Below the pieces are notes generated by a model that saw only the letters and a list, made by a program, of their open reading frames with translations, was not told where the DNA came from and made no database searches. From assembly GCF_036365525.1 (NCBI RefSeq), contig NC_090386.1, positions 70,949,666 through 71,013,665 on the forward strand: 64,000 bases of DNA, written 5' to 3'. Shown in pieces: positions 38,750 through 50,999 of this stretch. This DNA is from Heterodontus francisci (Eukaryota). The stretch's first letter is position 1; every line of letters begins with the position of its first letter. A program made the translations under genes and the position numbers.

Positions 38750-40834
38750 ACTAAGATGTACTTCTCATCCGCTTCCTATTACACCTATGTGGTGCAACTC
38801 CTATGGCTTCAGCTGAGCTGGATTCAGACTGCTTGTTCCCCTGCTCTGAGACATGAACTGCCTATAGCGAATGTCCTGTGGGTTTTGGAGCACGTGAGGG
38901 AGCCATCAAAGACTGTCCCACCTCCACCTGTGCAGGCCCAGACATGGTCATCAGAGCAGGAGACAGCATGTGCAGTAAAGGCCAGCTTGGGTCTGCAAAT
39001 GAAACCTGACCCGAGCCTGACAGAATCACATCCGACCCTGACCCCAACCCGGCCCGAGTCCTTCTATTTTTTTCCGCAACCCGACCCAACCATCAGTTAA
39101 CCTACTTCCCGTTCTTTACTTTGTTGCTTATCTGCACAAGCTTGAAATAACTGTAACAAAACCACCTTTCAAGTCCAAAAAGTACATTAACATTGGAGCC
39201 ACTTAGCGAAGGTGGTGATAGAGCGTGTCCGATCTGGCCTGACCTGACCCGAGCCTGAATGCCAGACTCGGAAGTGCGATCTGACCCGACCCAAACCCAA
39301 CACATGTCGTCGGGTTCCGTCGGGTTCGGGTCAGGTAGCTGGCCCTTAATGTGCGGCTCTGTCTGAGATGTGGATGGGGGTGCAAGGGATGAGACCTGAG
39401 AGTACCTCGAGAAGAGTCCCCACTGCCACATGCCCTTTCACAGTCTTCCCTCTCAGGGCCCACCTGCACTTCCCTGCTTGTCAAGAGCTGGAGAGCACTT
39501 GGCTGCATGTCACTGAGGCATTGAGTCTCCAATTCAAGGCTTTGCTCCATCCTGTGTAAAGTGACAGGCTGTGTGCAGGCCATTGGCCTGAGCAAGAATG
39601 CACTCCGTGGCCTGCCGCATCTGATTCTCCATGCAGATGGCCACTCTTTCCATGGAGATGGGCATCAGCACAAATGCTTGAGACATCATGGCACTAATGT
39701 TAGAGATGGACTCTTCCAATCTCTCTCCAAGGGTGTGCACTGCCTCTGTAAATGCTGACAGAAATGTACACATTTCTCATTGCTGCTCCACAAGTCCCTT
39801 TTCATGGATGACCTCCGAGGCTCAGCATCTGTGTCCAGCTGAGCAGATCTTGGAGTGTCCTGTGTACTCTGACAGGGCTCTCTACTGTTGTCCCTGTCTC
39901 CACCGCCTGCTCCTGTTCACATGTGATGTACTCTTCACTATGTGACGACCTAGCTGTCTCGACTCCAATATCCACCAGATTGTGTGTATCTGCACTTGTG
40001 AAGGATGCTCATGAGTCATGTGATGGTGCATCCTCAGAGTGATCGATTTGTTCCCTCAGCAGGTGCTCCATGAAGAACTTGTTGGAGATTAAAGAAATGA
40101 GTTAGTGCTGACATTGAGAAAGGGTTGAAACTCAGCATGCTACTTATCATGACAATATCACCTAATGTTGTCATTAGGTCTCTGAGCCACCCCCATCTCA
40201 CCATTGCCAGCGCCCAGTCTGTCTGCCACCCTGCTGGTCTCCAGGATGTTCTATGCAGCAGCAATTAGGGTGGCTATGGCTGCAGGTTCACCCTCACCCC
40301 GGTTCTCTGCCTGTCCAGAAAGTTGTGGGCTCTCCTACAATGAGAGAAGGCAGAGAGTTGAGTGTGAGAAGTGTGATGAGGATGTAATGAGAACATTTGA
40401 GGAGGGGACCAGAGGGATGAGTGCGAGAGGGCAATAGGATGAGAGGGAGTAAGAGTGTTGTCTATTGAGATGGAAATTTGAGGAGGTGGTTGGAGAGAAA
40501 GGAACATGTTGGAACTGCAAGGTGTGTCAGTCAGAAGAGTGTTGTGCAGGAGAGTGCAAGGGAGGTCAGAGAATGATGGATGCCACCTGAAAGTGGTATG
40601 ACACTCACCTTTCCTGACCTCATGAGGTCATTAAACCTTTTGCAGCACTGAATGCAGGTGCTGGGCACCACACTCCTGCAGCTGACAGTCTCTGCAACTT
40701 TCAGCCATAGCTGTTTATTAGGCTGGCTGGCTTTTTCCTCCCATCCTCAGGGAAGAGGACTTCTCTCCCGCCCTTAAAGTCTCCAGCATTCCCTTCAGGA
40801 AAGCATCAGAGAACCTTGGGGGCAGCCTTTCCAT
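38750..40834 (-). pseudogene. Harbinger ORF2 Myb/SANT-like DNA-binding protein, spliced and degenerate
   Basis: Exon 40834-40609 PPRFSDA...WLKVAETVS...IQCCKRFNDLMRSGK followed by GTGAGT; acceptor near 40335; coiled-coil-like segment 39534-39773; 3' end approximate. Confidence 0.75.
38976..39348. mobile_element. hAT-type MITE with CCCGA subterminal repeats
   Basis: TIRs taaaggccagct / agctggccctta; 8-bp TSD atgtgcag/atgtgcgg. Confidence 0.85.
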
Positions 40835-41071
40835 ATCTTCCTTCTATTCTACTCCTTTGTGAATACTTCACCACCAAGATTTCCTGCAGCAATTCAGACC
40901 CTTGCCGAGATCCCTTTAAATACTGAGCCTTCATTGGCAGATTTGGCATGTCATCCCACCCGCCCTCTTTTAACTGGGAAATCCGGAAGTTAAACAGCCA
41001 TAGCAAAGCCTTCTCTAAGGTGCTACGGGACCCATTGTTTTGGCCGGGACTATCTTTTGAGAATTCTGCCC

Positions 41072-41305
41072 TATGCCTCAAGCTAGTAAATTAAATCAAA
41101 TTAATATAGCATCTCAAAATAATACAGCATCTCAAAGAAGTAAATCAAATCAAACTAATATAGCAACCCAAAATAATACAGCATCACAAACTAATACAGC
41201 CCCTCAATCTAATATAGCCCTTCAAACTGATGAAGCCCCTTCATCTTATACAGCCCTTCAAACCAAGCAAAGCCCCTCAAGCTAATACTCCATCTCAAAC
41301 TAATA
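41072..41305. repeat. 18-bp minisatellite, right half
   Basis: Same unit as 33480-33729. Confidence 0.85.
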
Positions 41306-41790
41306 AGATTTACAAGGATGATACCAGAACTGTGATGCCTGATGCCTATCAGGAAAGGATGAACAGGTTGGGTCTCTTTTCTCTTGAAAAGGGAAGGCTG
41401 AGTTGACCATGTGGAGGTCTTTAAAATTATGAAAGGCTTTAATACAATAGACAGAGAGAGAGAGAGTTTCCACTTGTGGGAAAGAGTGAAACTTGAAGCC
41501 ATCGATATGATTGTCACAAAGAAATCAATAAGGGAATTCAGAAGAAACTTCTTTGCTAGAGAGTGATGAGAATGTGGAACCTACTACCACAGGGAGTGGT
41601 TGAGGCCAAAAAATATAGGTGCATTTAAGGAGAGGCTAGATAAGCATATGAAGGAGAAGGGAATACAGGTTTATGCTGATGGAGTTAGATAAGAAAAATG
41701 GGAGGTTGTTCGAGTGAAGCATAAAAGCAGGTACAGACGAGTTATGCTGAGTGGACTGTTTCTCTGCTTTATATTTTATGTAATTCAACG
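41305..41790 (+). mobile_element. CR1 3' fragment
   Basis: RFTRMIPEL...LGLFSLEKGRL...MWNLLP-type sequence and tail. Confidence 0.8.
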
Positions 41791-44559
41791 TATTTTAATT
41801 GCTCATGTGTTGGGTAATGGAAAATATGTTTGTGCCGTGTTAAATGACAGTTTTGTTCCGCCCAGTCACTGGAGCTCAGAACTAAGATCTAAGCTGTCTT
41901 GTAAAACCTTTCCTGAGGTTTTACCTGAGCAGCAGGTGTTGGAATTGTATCTAATTTATTTTGTATCCTAAGAGCAATATGTGTGAAACAGTGATTTAAA
42001 CTGAGTTATCAAAACAATCACAAATTGCGTAGCAGAAAATAAATTTGAGTAGCTCGGTTGGTCCACTGAACAAAAAAATATGAAATTATCGTCGCTTTGC
42101 TTGGGAATTGTCCTAAAATGTAATTGATAAATGTGAAAAGGAACAATACAAGCAAATAAAACAAAAATATGATATTTTTTAACAAAGTATTATTAATTTT
42201 AAAGTTATTGGATACTGTCTGCATAGCAGACCATGCAAATATCGGCAGGAAAATTGGTGCAGATCTTTTAGCAGAAAGAACGAGTGTCATTTGATGTATT
42301 GTTGTGACTAGTAAAAGTCAAGTAAACTTGTTCGGGGTAGAAATACCATCAGTCCAATACTATCAAATAGTCATTCCACTAAAAATGTCAAAAGTTAGAA
42401 GCTAAGTCGGCAACTATTTAGAAGCCACAAGATAGTTTTTCACATTAAAGCATGGGAGGAGTGCAATGACAAAAATGTGCCAGGGAGTATTGTACTGATA
42501 CTGCCCGAATTTCCTTCCATTTAAATGAATGGAGCAGGAGCTCAGTCCTCAGTATCTGATTTTCCCCTTTGCACCCCACTCAGTAATGCTCAATGCCCAG
42601 GTGGTAAAGAGGAAAATCTACCCAGTAATTCTGAATATCTGCACTGCAATCTCTGCATACTATGTTAACTTCTATTAAAAATTTAGGAGATGTATTTTGT
42701 AAGTATTATAATGAACAGAGTACAGTCACACTGAGATCTGGTCACATTTAACCATGTAAAGAGATCCTTAGTCTTCAGAATTGAAGAGCAGAAGGACTTA
42801 AACAGACTCATGCTTACTCCACTTGAACTACTACTCTATATATAAAGAATTTCTGTTTGAGGTGAGTGCATGGTTCTTTAGTTTCAGTTTTGGATGTTGA
42901 AGATGAATATTTGGGGTTTTCTGATTGTCAGAATTTGCACATCAGAGAGCCAAGGCAAACAAGAAAAAGTGAAGTTTTCTTTGAGAGTTGTTTTGGACCA
43001 CACGATTTTCACTTTAGCTGAAATCCAAGCTACAACCACTGATCCTGAATTTTTTGTCCTACAGAAAGCACTTGGCTGTGTATGATGCCAACATTTCATT
43101 ATTTTAAAAGAGCTTCCTTCCTTCTGTATTGCTGAAATGTTCTTGTGAACAATTTTAGTATAAAACAGACTTTGGAATGTATCACAGCCAAGAGTAAATA
43201 GAAATGCAATGTTCTAAGGATGAGTTTCGATAACAACTCGCAGATTGTGCTGGCCATTGAATTTTACTCTTTTATTTCTTTTGTTAATTTGGTATGTAGC
43301 CATTGTTCAATCCAGGTAAAGCTATTGTTTATTTCGACTGAAAAATGATGGGTCCTCACTTTAAAAATATTTTAAATTGGATTTTCATTTGCAAATTAGT
43401 TTTAGTGCATCAGATTCATCTTGAGTAGGTGGTTTAGGGTATGAAGCTATGTACAAAAGATGTTAAAAAAAATGTCAGCTCATTCCCAAAAAAGTCAGTT
43501 GTTTCATTTCCATACCTAATGTATTCATTGTTTTCTTCATACATTTTCTTCATGTGTTCATAACTAATAATTTTATTGTGGATTGCAGGTTACATTTGTG
43601 TATGATACAATCAAAAAAAGTGATTTCACTTTCATTGTTTACCTGTGCAGAGCTCCTCTCCCAGCAGTTAACTTCTAAATGTTTAAATGTTTGTGGCTGC
43701 CATCTTTTCAAAGGAGGAACAAGGGGGTTAGGAAAAATCTGGCAAAGCAATAAATATCACTCTATAATCTAGTTGATACTTATGTGGATCCATCATGCTA
43801 ACCTTGCACCAACATGGAAAAAAGAGAGAACAAAATAAATCAGCTGTGATAAGATTTTTCTCTTTGGATGTATTTGCACTACAAGTTTAGTGTTAATGTG
43901 CAGCTTTGAGCAGGCACTAAACTTGCAATTTAAATCCAGAGTCAGAGCACAACAAATGAAGTAGAATAAGACTTCTGGACATGGTATTCTCATTCTGCTT
44001 TGGTCTGAAGTGTCAAACTTGGTTTATAAAATGCTCAGAAAATTTGTTGGACCTCCTGGTTAATTTTTAAATCTACCTGACCTTATTTAAATGTTTAAAG
44101 GGCAGAAATTCTTTCTTCTCCACTCTTGAAATATTAAAATTTCCATCCATTGGGAGAGAGCCATGTGCGTCCAGGTATCCGGATATGCACAGGATGGTAA
44201 AAATTCCAGCTGGGCAAGAGCCAAGCAATGTGATACACTGGAATACTAAAGTTCTCATGCCACCAGGATGCAGAAGAAATTGGGAAATTGTGTGGTTATA
44301 GTTCTGTATTATATTTGCTACTGTGTAACACTAGTACTTTTAAAATGTATTATCAGGGGTTAGAATATTGCAGTTTACAAACATACTGGTAGCACTTTGC
44401 CATTCTCAGCTATCAAATTCAAAAGGACATAGTTACTTTTACCTGAAGGAAAGCCAGTACTGTAATAAAGAAGTGTATGTTGACGGCGGTTAGGAAAAAA
44501 GAAGCAGAGAATTATTTAAAATTTGTGGATCAACTGGTTTGTTATAACTGTTTTATTTC

Positions 44560-46670
44560 CCTAATGATCTTACATGTACCACAAAAAACAATGCTTTGTT
44601 CTGGATATATACATAATTTTGACTTGGGCAAACAGAATGCAATATTGAAATTGGCTGATGACACAAGTTTGGTTTGGCAAACAGTGACGAGGACTGTAAA
44701 AAAACTTCAGAAACACATTGACAGGTTAGGAAAATTAGCACACAGGATGTTGATGCAATTTAATGCAAAATGTGAGGTCCTTAATTTTGAGAAGAAAATC
44801 AAGGAAGGTGAGTATACACTCAATGTCCTAGATGCTAACGGATGTAGATAAACAGAGAGACCTTGAGGTTCATGTACATAATTCTCAAAGTGGAGGTGTA
44901 GGTGGATACAGCCATAAAAAGGAACTTTTGGTCTTATAAGTAGGGGCATAGAGTCCAAGGGCAAATGGCTAATGAGATTTCAACAAAGCAATTGTGCAGA
45001 AACAATGAGAGTTGTATTTATAGTTTTGGGGCTCTCCATTATCGAAAGGGGATTAAAGCCACAGAGTGCATGAAGCATTGATTTACCAGGATGATAAGAG
45101 GGTGAGAAATTATTGTTATGAGGAGAGACTTGAGCTACTTGGATTATTTCCCCCGGAACAGAGGTGGCTCAAAATTAATGAAGGGTTTTCATACAGTGAA
45201 TCTGTAAAATTGTTTGCTTTTGTTGGGAAGACAGTGATGAAAGGTGATGCAATTTTAAATGGTCACTAAGAGAAGGGTAGGCGGTGGCGTAGTGGTATTA
45301 TCATTGGACTAGTAACCCAGAGACCCAGGGTATTTCTCTGGGGACATGGGTTTGAATCCCACCACAGCAGAAGGTGGAATTTGAAGTTAATTAATAAATC
45401 TAGAATTAAAAGCTAGTCTAATGATGGCCATGAAACCATTGTCGATTGTTGTAAAAACCCATCTGATTCATTAATGTCCTTTAGGGAAGGAAATCTGCTG
45501 TCCTTACCTGGTCTGGCCTACATGTGACTCCAGACCCACAGCAATGTGGTTAACTCTTATACGTTGACGTAACCACTACGAAGTCAATAAAAAGGAATGA
45601 AACTGGACGGACCACCCGGCATCGACCTAGGCACCGGAAAGGACAACGGCAAACCCAGCCCTGTCGACCCTGCAAAGTCCTCCTTACGAACATCTGGGGG
45701 CTTGTGCCAAAGTTGGGAGAGCTGTCCCACAGACTAGTCAAGCAACAGCCTGACATAGTCATACTCACGGAATCATACCTTACAGACAATGTCCCAGACA
45801 CTACCATCACCATCCCCGGGTACGTCCTGACCCACCGGCAGGACAGACCCACCAGAGATGGTGGCACAGTGGTATACAGTAGGGAGGGAGTTGCCCTGGG
45901 AGTCCTCAACATCGACACCGGACTTGCCTGGATGGGTGCAGCTCCAACAACACTCAAGAAGCTCGACACCATCCAGGACAAAGCAGCCCGCTTGATTGGC
46001 ACCCCATCTACAAACATTCACTCCCTCCACCACCGACGCACAGTGGCAGCAGTGTGTACCATCTACAAGATGCACTGCAGCATTGCACCAAGGCTCCTTA
46101 GACAGCACCTTTCAAACCCGCGACCTCTACCAACTAGAAGGACAAGAGCAGCAAATACATGGGAACACCACCACCTGCAAGTCCCCCTCCAAGTCACACA
46201 CCATCCTGACTTGGAACTATATCGCCGTTCCTTCACTGTCGCTGGGTAAAAATCCTGGAACTCCCTTCCTAACAGCACTGTGGGTATACCTACCCCAAAT
46301 GGACTGCAGCGGTTCTAGAAGGCAGCTCACCACCACCTTCTCAAGGGCGATTAGGGATGGGCAATAAATGCTGGCCTGGCCAGCGTCGCCCACATCCCAT
46401 GAATGAATTTTTTAAAAAAGGGGAGAGATGTTAAGCGAAATAGCTTTATACAGATGGTCATTGAGTATAGAATGCTTTTCTACCCAAGATTGGTGAGGTG
46501 GGGACCATTGCACCTTTTAAGGGAAAAGTGAGTGAACATTTGAAGTAGAGCTTTGGGAGCGCACAGGGTGGTCGAATTAGTTTTGGATTGTTCTAACAAA
46601 GAACTGAGAGAGACACAATGTCCAAGTAGCCTCCTTTTGGGCAGTAAACTTTTTTGTTCTATGGAAATGA
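44560..46670 (+). mobile_element. Old CR1 LINE split by the 45275-46419 insertion
   Basis: KLADDT...QFNAKCEV, YEERLELLGLF; 3' part resumes at ~46420. Confidence 0.7.
45275..46419 (+). mobile_element. Internally deleted tRNA-headed LINE (head + EN start fused in frame to C-terminus + tail)
   Basis: A box 45285, B box 45349; 181-aa ORF GVLNIDTG|LAWMGAAP skips ~2 kb; intact tail. Confidence 0.9.
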
Positions 46671-47319
46671 TAAGGACCATCCTGGGCACTATGCTGAAGT
46701 ACCAAAAAAAAGGAAAGCACAGTTCCAAATCTCACAGAAAGCACCATGCCAGTTCTTGATGCCAGTAGATTTGCCTCACTGGCCATAAAACTGCCAATAT
46801 TGATCTTGTCAGGATTGAAATAAAGAATTTCCCCATCAGCTTTTTTTTAAAAAAAAATTAGAGTTGAATACATTTTGATGAATTTTGTCACCCATCTTGC
46901 TATTCGGTTAATTTATTTAAAAATTTTAAGTAAATTAGATAAAGTAAGCTATAGATTGTAAGTACTTAATGGGCTCTACATTGCAAATTATCATCACTAA
47001 ATGTAGTTATTAACCTATGATGTATTGATTTAGCTCCCTTGTGCCATCTAGCACAGTAATTCCTCCAGCTAAGTGCCCTGCTTGTACCATCAACACATAG
47101 TATTTCAACAAAATATTCACAAAAAATAGAAACATGTGAAAGGAGGCTAGCATGGATCATAATCCTTTGTATGCATTGGATTTTGATAAGGAGAACAGAT
47201 GGTAACAAGTATGATAAGTGATGCAGTCACGATTTAGATTTCAGGTTTGGCTCATCCCTCTGCCAAAGGCACTGTTTTATCCAATCAGAAACCATACAAG
47301 AGTGGCTTGGGTTAACAGT

Positions 47320-48166
47320 CTTAGTGTAGTATTCTGGGCCCAACCATCTTCAGTTGCTTCATCAATGACCTTCCCTTCATCGTAACGTCAGAAGTGGGGA
47401 TGTTCGCTGATGATCGCACAATATTCACTACCATTTGTGGCTTCTCAGATACTGAAGCAGTCCATGTAAACATGCAGCAAGACCTATCAACATTCAGGCT
47501 TGAGCTGATAAGTGGCAAGTAACATTCGCGCCCCTAGCCAAGCTGTTCCAGTACAGGTATAACACTGGCATCTACCCGGCAATGTGGAAAATTGCCCAGC
47601 TATGTCCTGTCCACAAAAAGCAGGACAAATCCAATCTGGCCAATTACCACCCTATCATTATACTCTCGAACATCATCACCGTGATGGAAGGGGTCAGCGA
47701 CAGTGCTATCAAGTGGCACTTGCTCAGCAATAACCTGCTCACTGACGCTTAGTTTGGGTTCTGCCAAGCTACCCAGCTCCAGACCTTATTACAATCTTGG
47801 TCCAAACATGGACAAAAGAGCAGAATTCCATCAAGGCAGCATATGACTGAATATGGCATCAAGGAGCCCGAGCAAAACTGGAGTCAATAGAAATCAGAGG
47901 GAAAACTCTCCACTGGTTGGAGTCATACCTCGCACAAAGGAAGATGGTTGTTGGAGGTCAATCATCTCAGTCCCAGGACATCATTGCAGGAGTTCCTCAG
48001 GGTAGTATCCAAGGCCCAACCATCTTCAGCTGCTTCATCAATGACCTTCCCTCCATCATAAGGTCAGAGTGGAGATGTTCGCTAATGATTGCACAATGTT
48101 CAGCACCATTTGCCGCACCTCAGACATTGAAGCAGCGTATGTCCATATGCAGCAGGACCTGGACAA
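47320..48166 (+). mobile_element. Rearranged RT fragment of the tRNA-headed LINE family (continues at 53270)
   Basis: GPTIFSCFINDLP..FADD appears twice; internal back-jump at ~47527. Confidence 0.85.
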
Positions 48167-49725
48167 CATAGAACCATAGAATGTTTATGGCACAGAAAGA
48201 GGCCACTTGGCCTATGGTGTCTGTGCTGGCCGAAAAACGATCCACCCAGTCTAATCCCAACTTCCAGCATTTGATCTGCAGCCCTGCAGATTACAGCACT
48301 TGAGGTGCATAACCAGACTCCTTTTGAATGAGTTGAGGGTTTCTGCCTCAACTACCGTTTCAGGCAATGTGTTACAGACCCCTACCACTCTGGGAAAAAA
48401 CGTTTTTCCTCATCTCCCCTCTGATCTTTCTGCCAATCACTTTAAATTTATGCCCCCTAGTCACTGACCTCTCTGCTAAGGTAAAGAGGCCCTTCACATC
48501 CACTCTATCCAGACCCCTCACAATTTTGTACATTTCAATCAGATCTCCCCTCAGCCTTCTCTGTTCCAAGGAGAACAACTCCAGCCTATCCAACCTTTCC
48601 TCATACCTGCATTTTTCCAGTCCTGGCAACATCCTCGTAAATCTCCTCTGTACCCTCTCTAGTGCAATTATATCCTTTCTGTAATGAGAACTGCACACAG
48701 TACTCAAGTTGTGGCCTAACTAATGATTTATATAGTTCCAGCATAACCTCCCTGCTGTTATATTCTATACCTCGGCTAATAAAGAATGTCTTCATTGCAG
48801 GCATCTATATGCATTCTTAACCACCTTATCGACCTGTCCTGCTACCTTCAGGGATCTGTGGACATTCACTCCAAGGTCCCTCACTTCCTCTACACCTCTC
48901 AGTATTCTCCCATTAATTGTGTATTCCTTTGCCTTACTTGACCTCCCCAAATGCATCACCTCACACTTCTCTGGTTTGAATTCCATTGCCACCTTTCTGC
49001 CCATCTGACCAGACCATCAATATCTTCTTGCAGCCTATAGCTATCCTCCTCGCTATCTACCACAAGGCCAATCTTTGTGTCGTCTGCAAACTTTTTGATC
49101 ATGGCCCCTACATTTACATCCAAATCGTTGATATATACCACAAAAAGCAGGGGACCCAGTACTGAGCCCTGTGGAACGCCACTGGAAACAGCCCTCCAGT
49201 CACAAAAACACCCGTCAACAATTACCCTTTGATTCCTGCCACTACAATTGATTCCTACAATTTTGTATCGACCTTACTACCTTTCCCTGGATCCCATGAA
49301 CTTTTATTTTTTTAACCAGTCTGCCATGTGGGACCTTGTCAAAAGCCTTGCTAAAATCCATGCAGACCACATCAACTGCACTACCCTCATCTATCTTCCT
49401 TGTTACTTCTTCAAAAAATTCGATCAAGTTGGTCAGACAAGATCTTCCCTTAACAAATCCATGCTGACTCTGCTTGATTAATCTGCGCCTTTCTCAGTGA
49501 CAGTTTATCCTGTCTCTCAGAATTGATTCCAGTACTTTGCCCACGACTGAAGTTAGACTGACTGGCCTGTAACTATTTGGTCTGTTCCTCACTTCCTTTT
49601 TAAACGAAGGTACAACATTAGCACTCCTCTTATCCTCCGGCACCACACCTGTATCCAATGAGGACTGGAAAATGATGTTCAGACCTTCTGCTATTTCCTC
49701 TCTTGCTTCTTTTAACAGCCTGGGT

Positions 49726-50013
49726 TTGAGCATGGCTACCCGACCCAAACCCGTCCGGGCCCAGCGACCTATGTCGGGTTCGGGTCAGGTCGGGCCGGGT
49801 CAGACACAGTGACAGCAAGGACGTTAAGGCGGGAAATGTGCATTCGGACTCCGCACTGGTCTGCAATGAGTGATTCCATCCAAGGTAGAGCACAACCTCT
49901 TTAATATAATCAACTTCATTCCGGTGGTTGGATCGGGTCGGGTCAGGCTTGGGTCAGATATGGTTCTGTTGGGCTCAGGTCGGGTTTCAATTGCAGACCG
50001 AAGCAGGCCTTTA
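49726..50013. mobile_element. hAT-type MITE with CCCGA repeats (opposite orientation to 38976)
   Basis: End agcaggccttta; 8-bp TSD gcctgggt/gcctgggg. Confidence 0.8.
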
Positions 50014-50606
50014 GCCTGGGGTACATTTCATCTGGTCCTAGTGATTTATCAACTTTCACGGATGCTAATCCCATTAATACTTCCTCTCCACCTCTGTTTA
50101 TCGCATCCAATACTTCACATTCCTCTTCCTTAACCACAATATCTGCATTGTCCCCCTCGTTTGTGAAGACAGACGCAAAGAATTCGTTAAGAACAATGCC
50201 ATCATCTTCCACCCCTACACATAAGTTACTTTTTGGTCTTTTATGGGCTCTAGTCTTCCCTTAGTTATCCTCTTACTCTTAATGTATTGATAAAACATCT
50301 TTGGGTACACCTTGATTTTGCTTGCCAATGTTCTTTCATGCCCTCTTAGCTTTCCTAATTTCCTTTTTGATTTCACCCCTCCATTTTCTGTACTCCTCTC
50401 AGCTTTCTGTAGTATTGAGTTCTTGGTGTCGGACATAAGCATTCCTTTTCTGCCTTATTTTACCCTGTAAGCTCCTTGACATCCATGAGATTTTAGATTT
50501 GGCTGCCCCACCCTTTTTCTTTGTGGGAACATGTTTAATCTGAACCCCTTGAATCTCCCCTTTGAATGCTCCCACTGCTCTGACACTGATTTATCTTCAA
50601 TTAACT

Positions 50607-50999
50607 GGGGAGCTGGTGGCGTAGTGGTAATGTCACTAGACTAGTAACCGAGAGACCCAGGCTAATGCTCTGGGGATATGGATTTGAATCCCACCATGGC
50701 AGATGATGAAATTTGAATTCAATTAATAAATCTGGAATTAAAAAGTTAGGCTAATGGTGACCATGAAAAAATTGTTGATTGTTGTAAAAACCCATCTGGT
50801 TTACTAATGTCCTTTAGGAAATCTGCCATCCTTATCTGGTCTGGCCTACACATGATTTCAGACCCACAGCAACATGATTGACTCTTAAAAATGTCCTCTG
50901 AGGGCCTAGCATGACACTCAGTTCAAGGGCAATTAGGGGTGGGCAATAAATGCTGGCCTTGCCAGCAACACCCACATCCCATGAATGAATTTTTAAAAA
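50607..50999 (+). mobile_element. tRNA-derived SINE made of the head/5'UTR and 3' tail of the tRNA-headed LINE
   Basis: A box, degenerate B box, junction cactcagtt|caagggcaattaggg at ~50923, hairpin tail; degenerate ~9-bp TSD. Confidence 0.88.

Larger units (their letters stand above)
33730..41071. mobile_element. Full-length PIF/Harbinger DNA transposon with nested insertions
   Basis: TIRs aggcagagttt / gaattctgccc; 3-bp TSD TAT; convergent transposase and Myb/SANT genes. Confidence 0.85.

Noticed and set aside
45275-45365. Functional tRNA gene
   Set aside because: A/B boxes are present but there is no convincing cloverleaf, and it continues into retroelement sequence; the same applies at 22408, 50607 and 62157.
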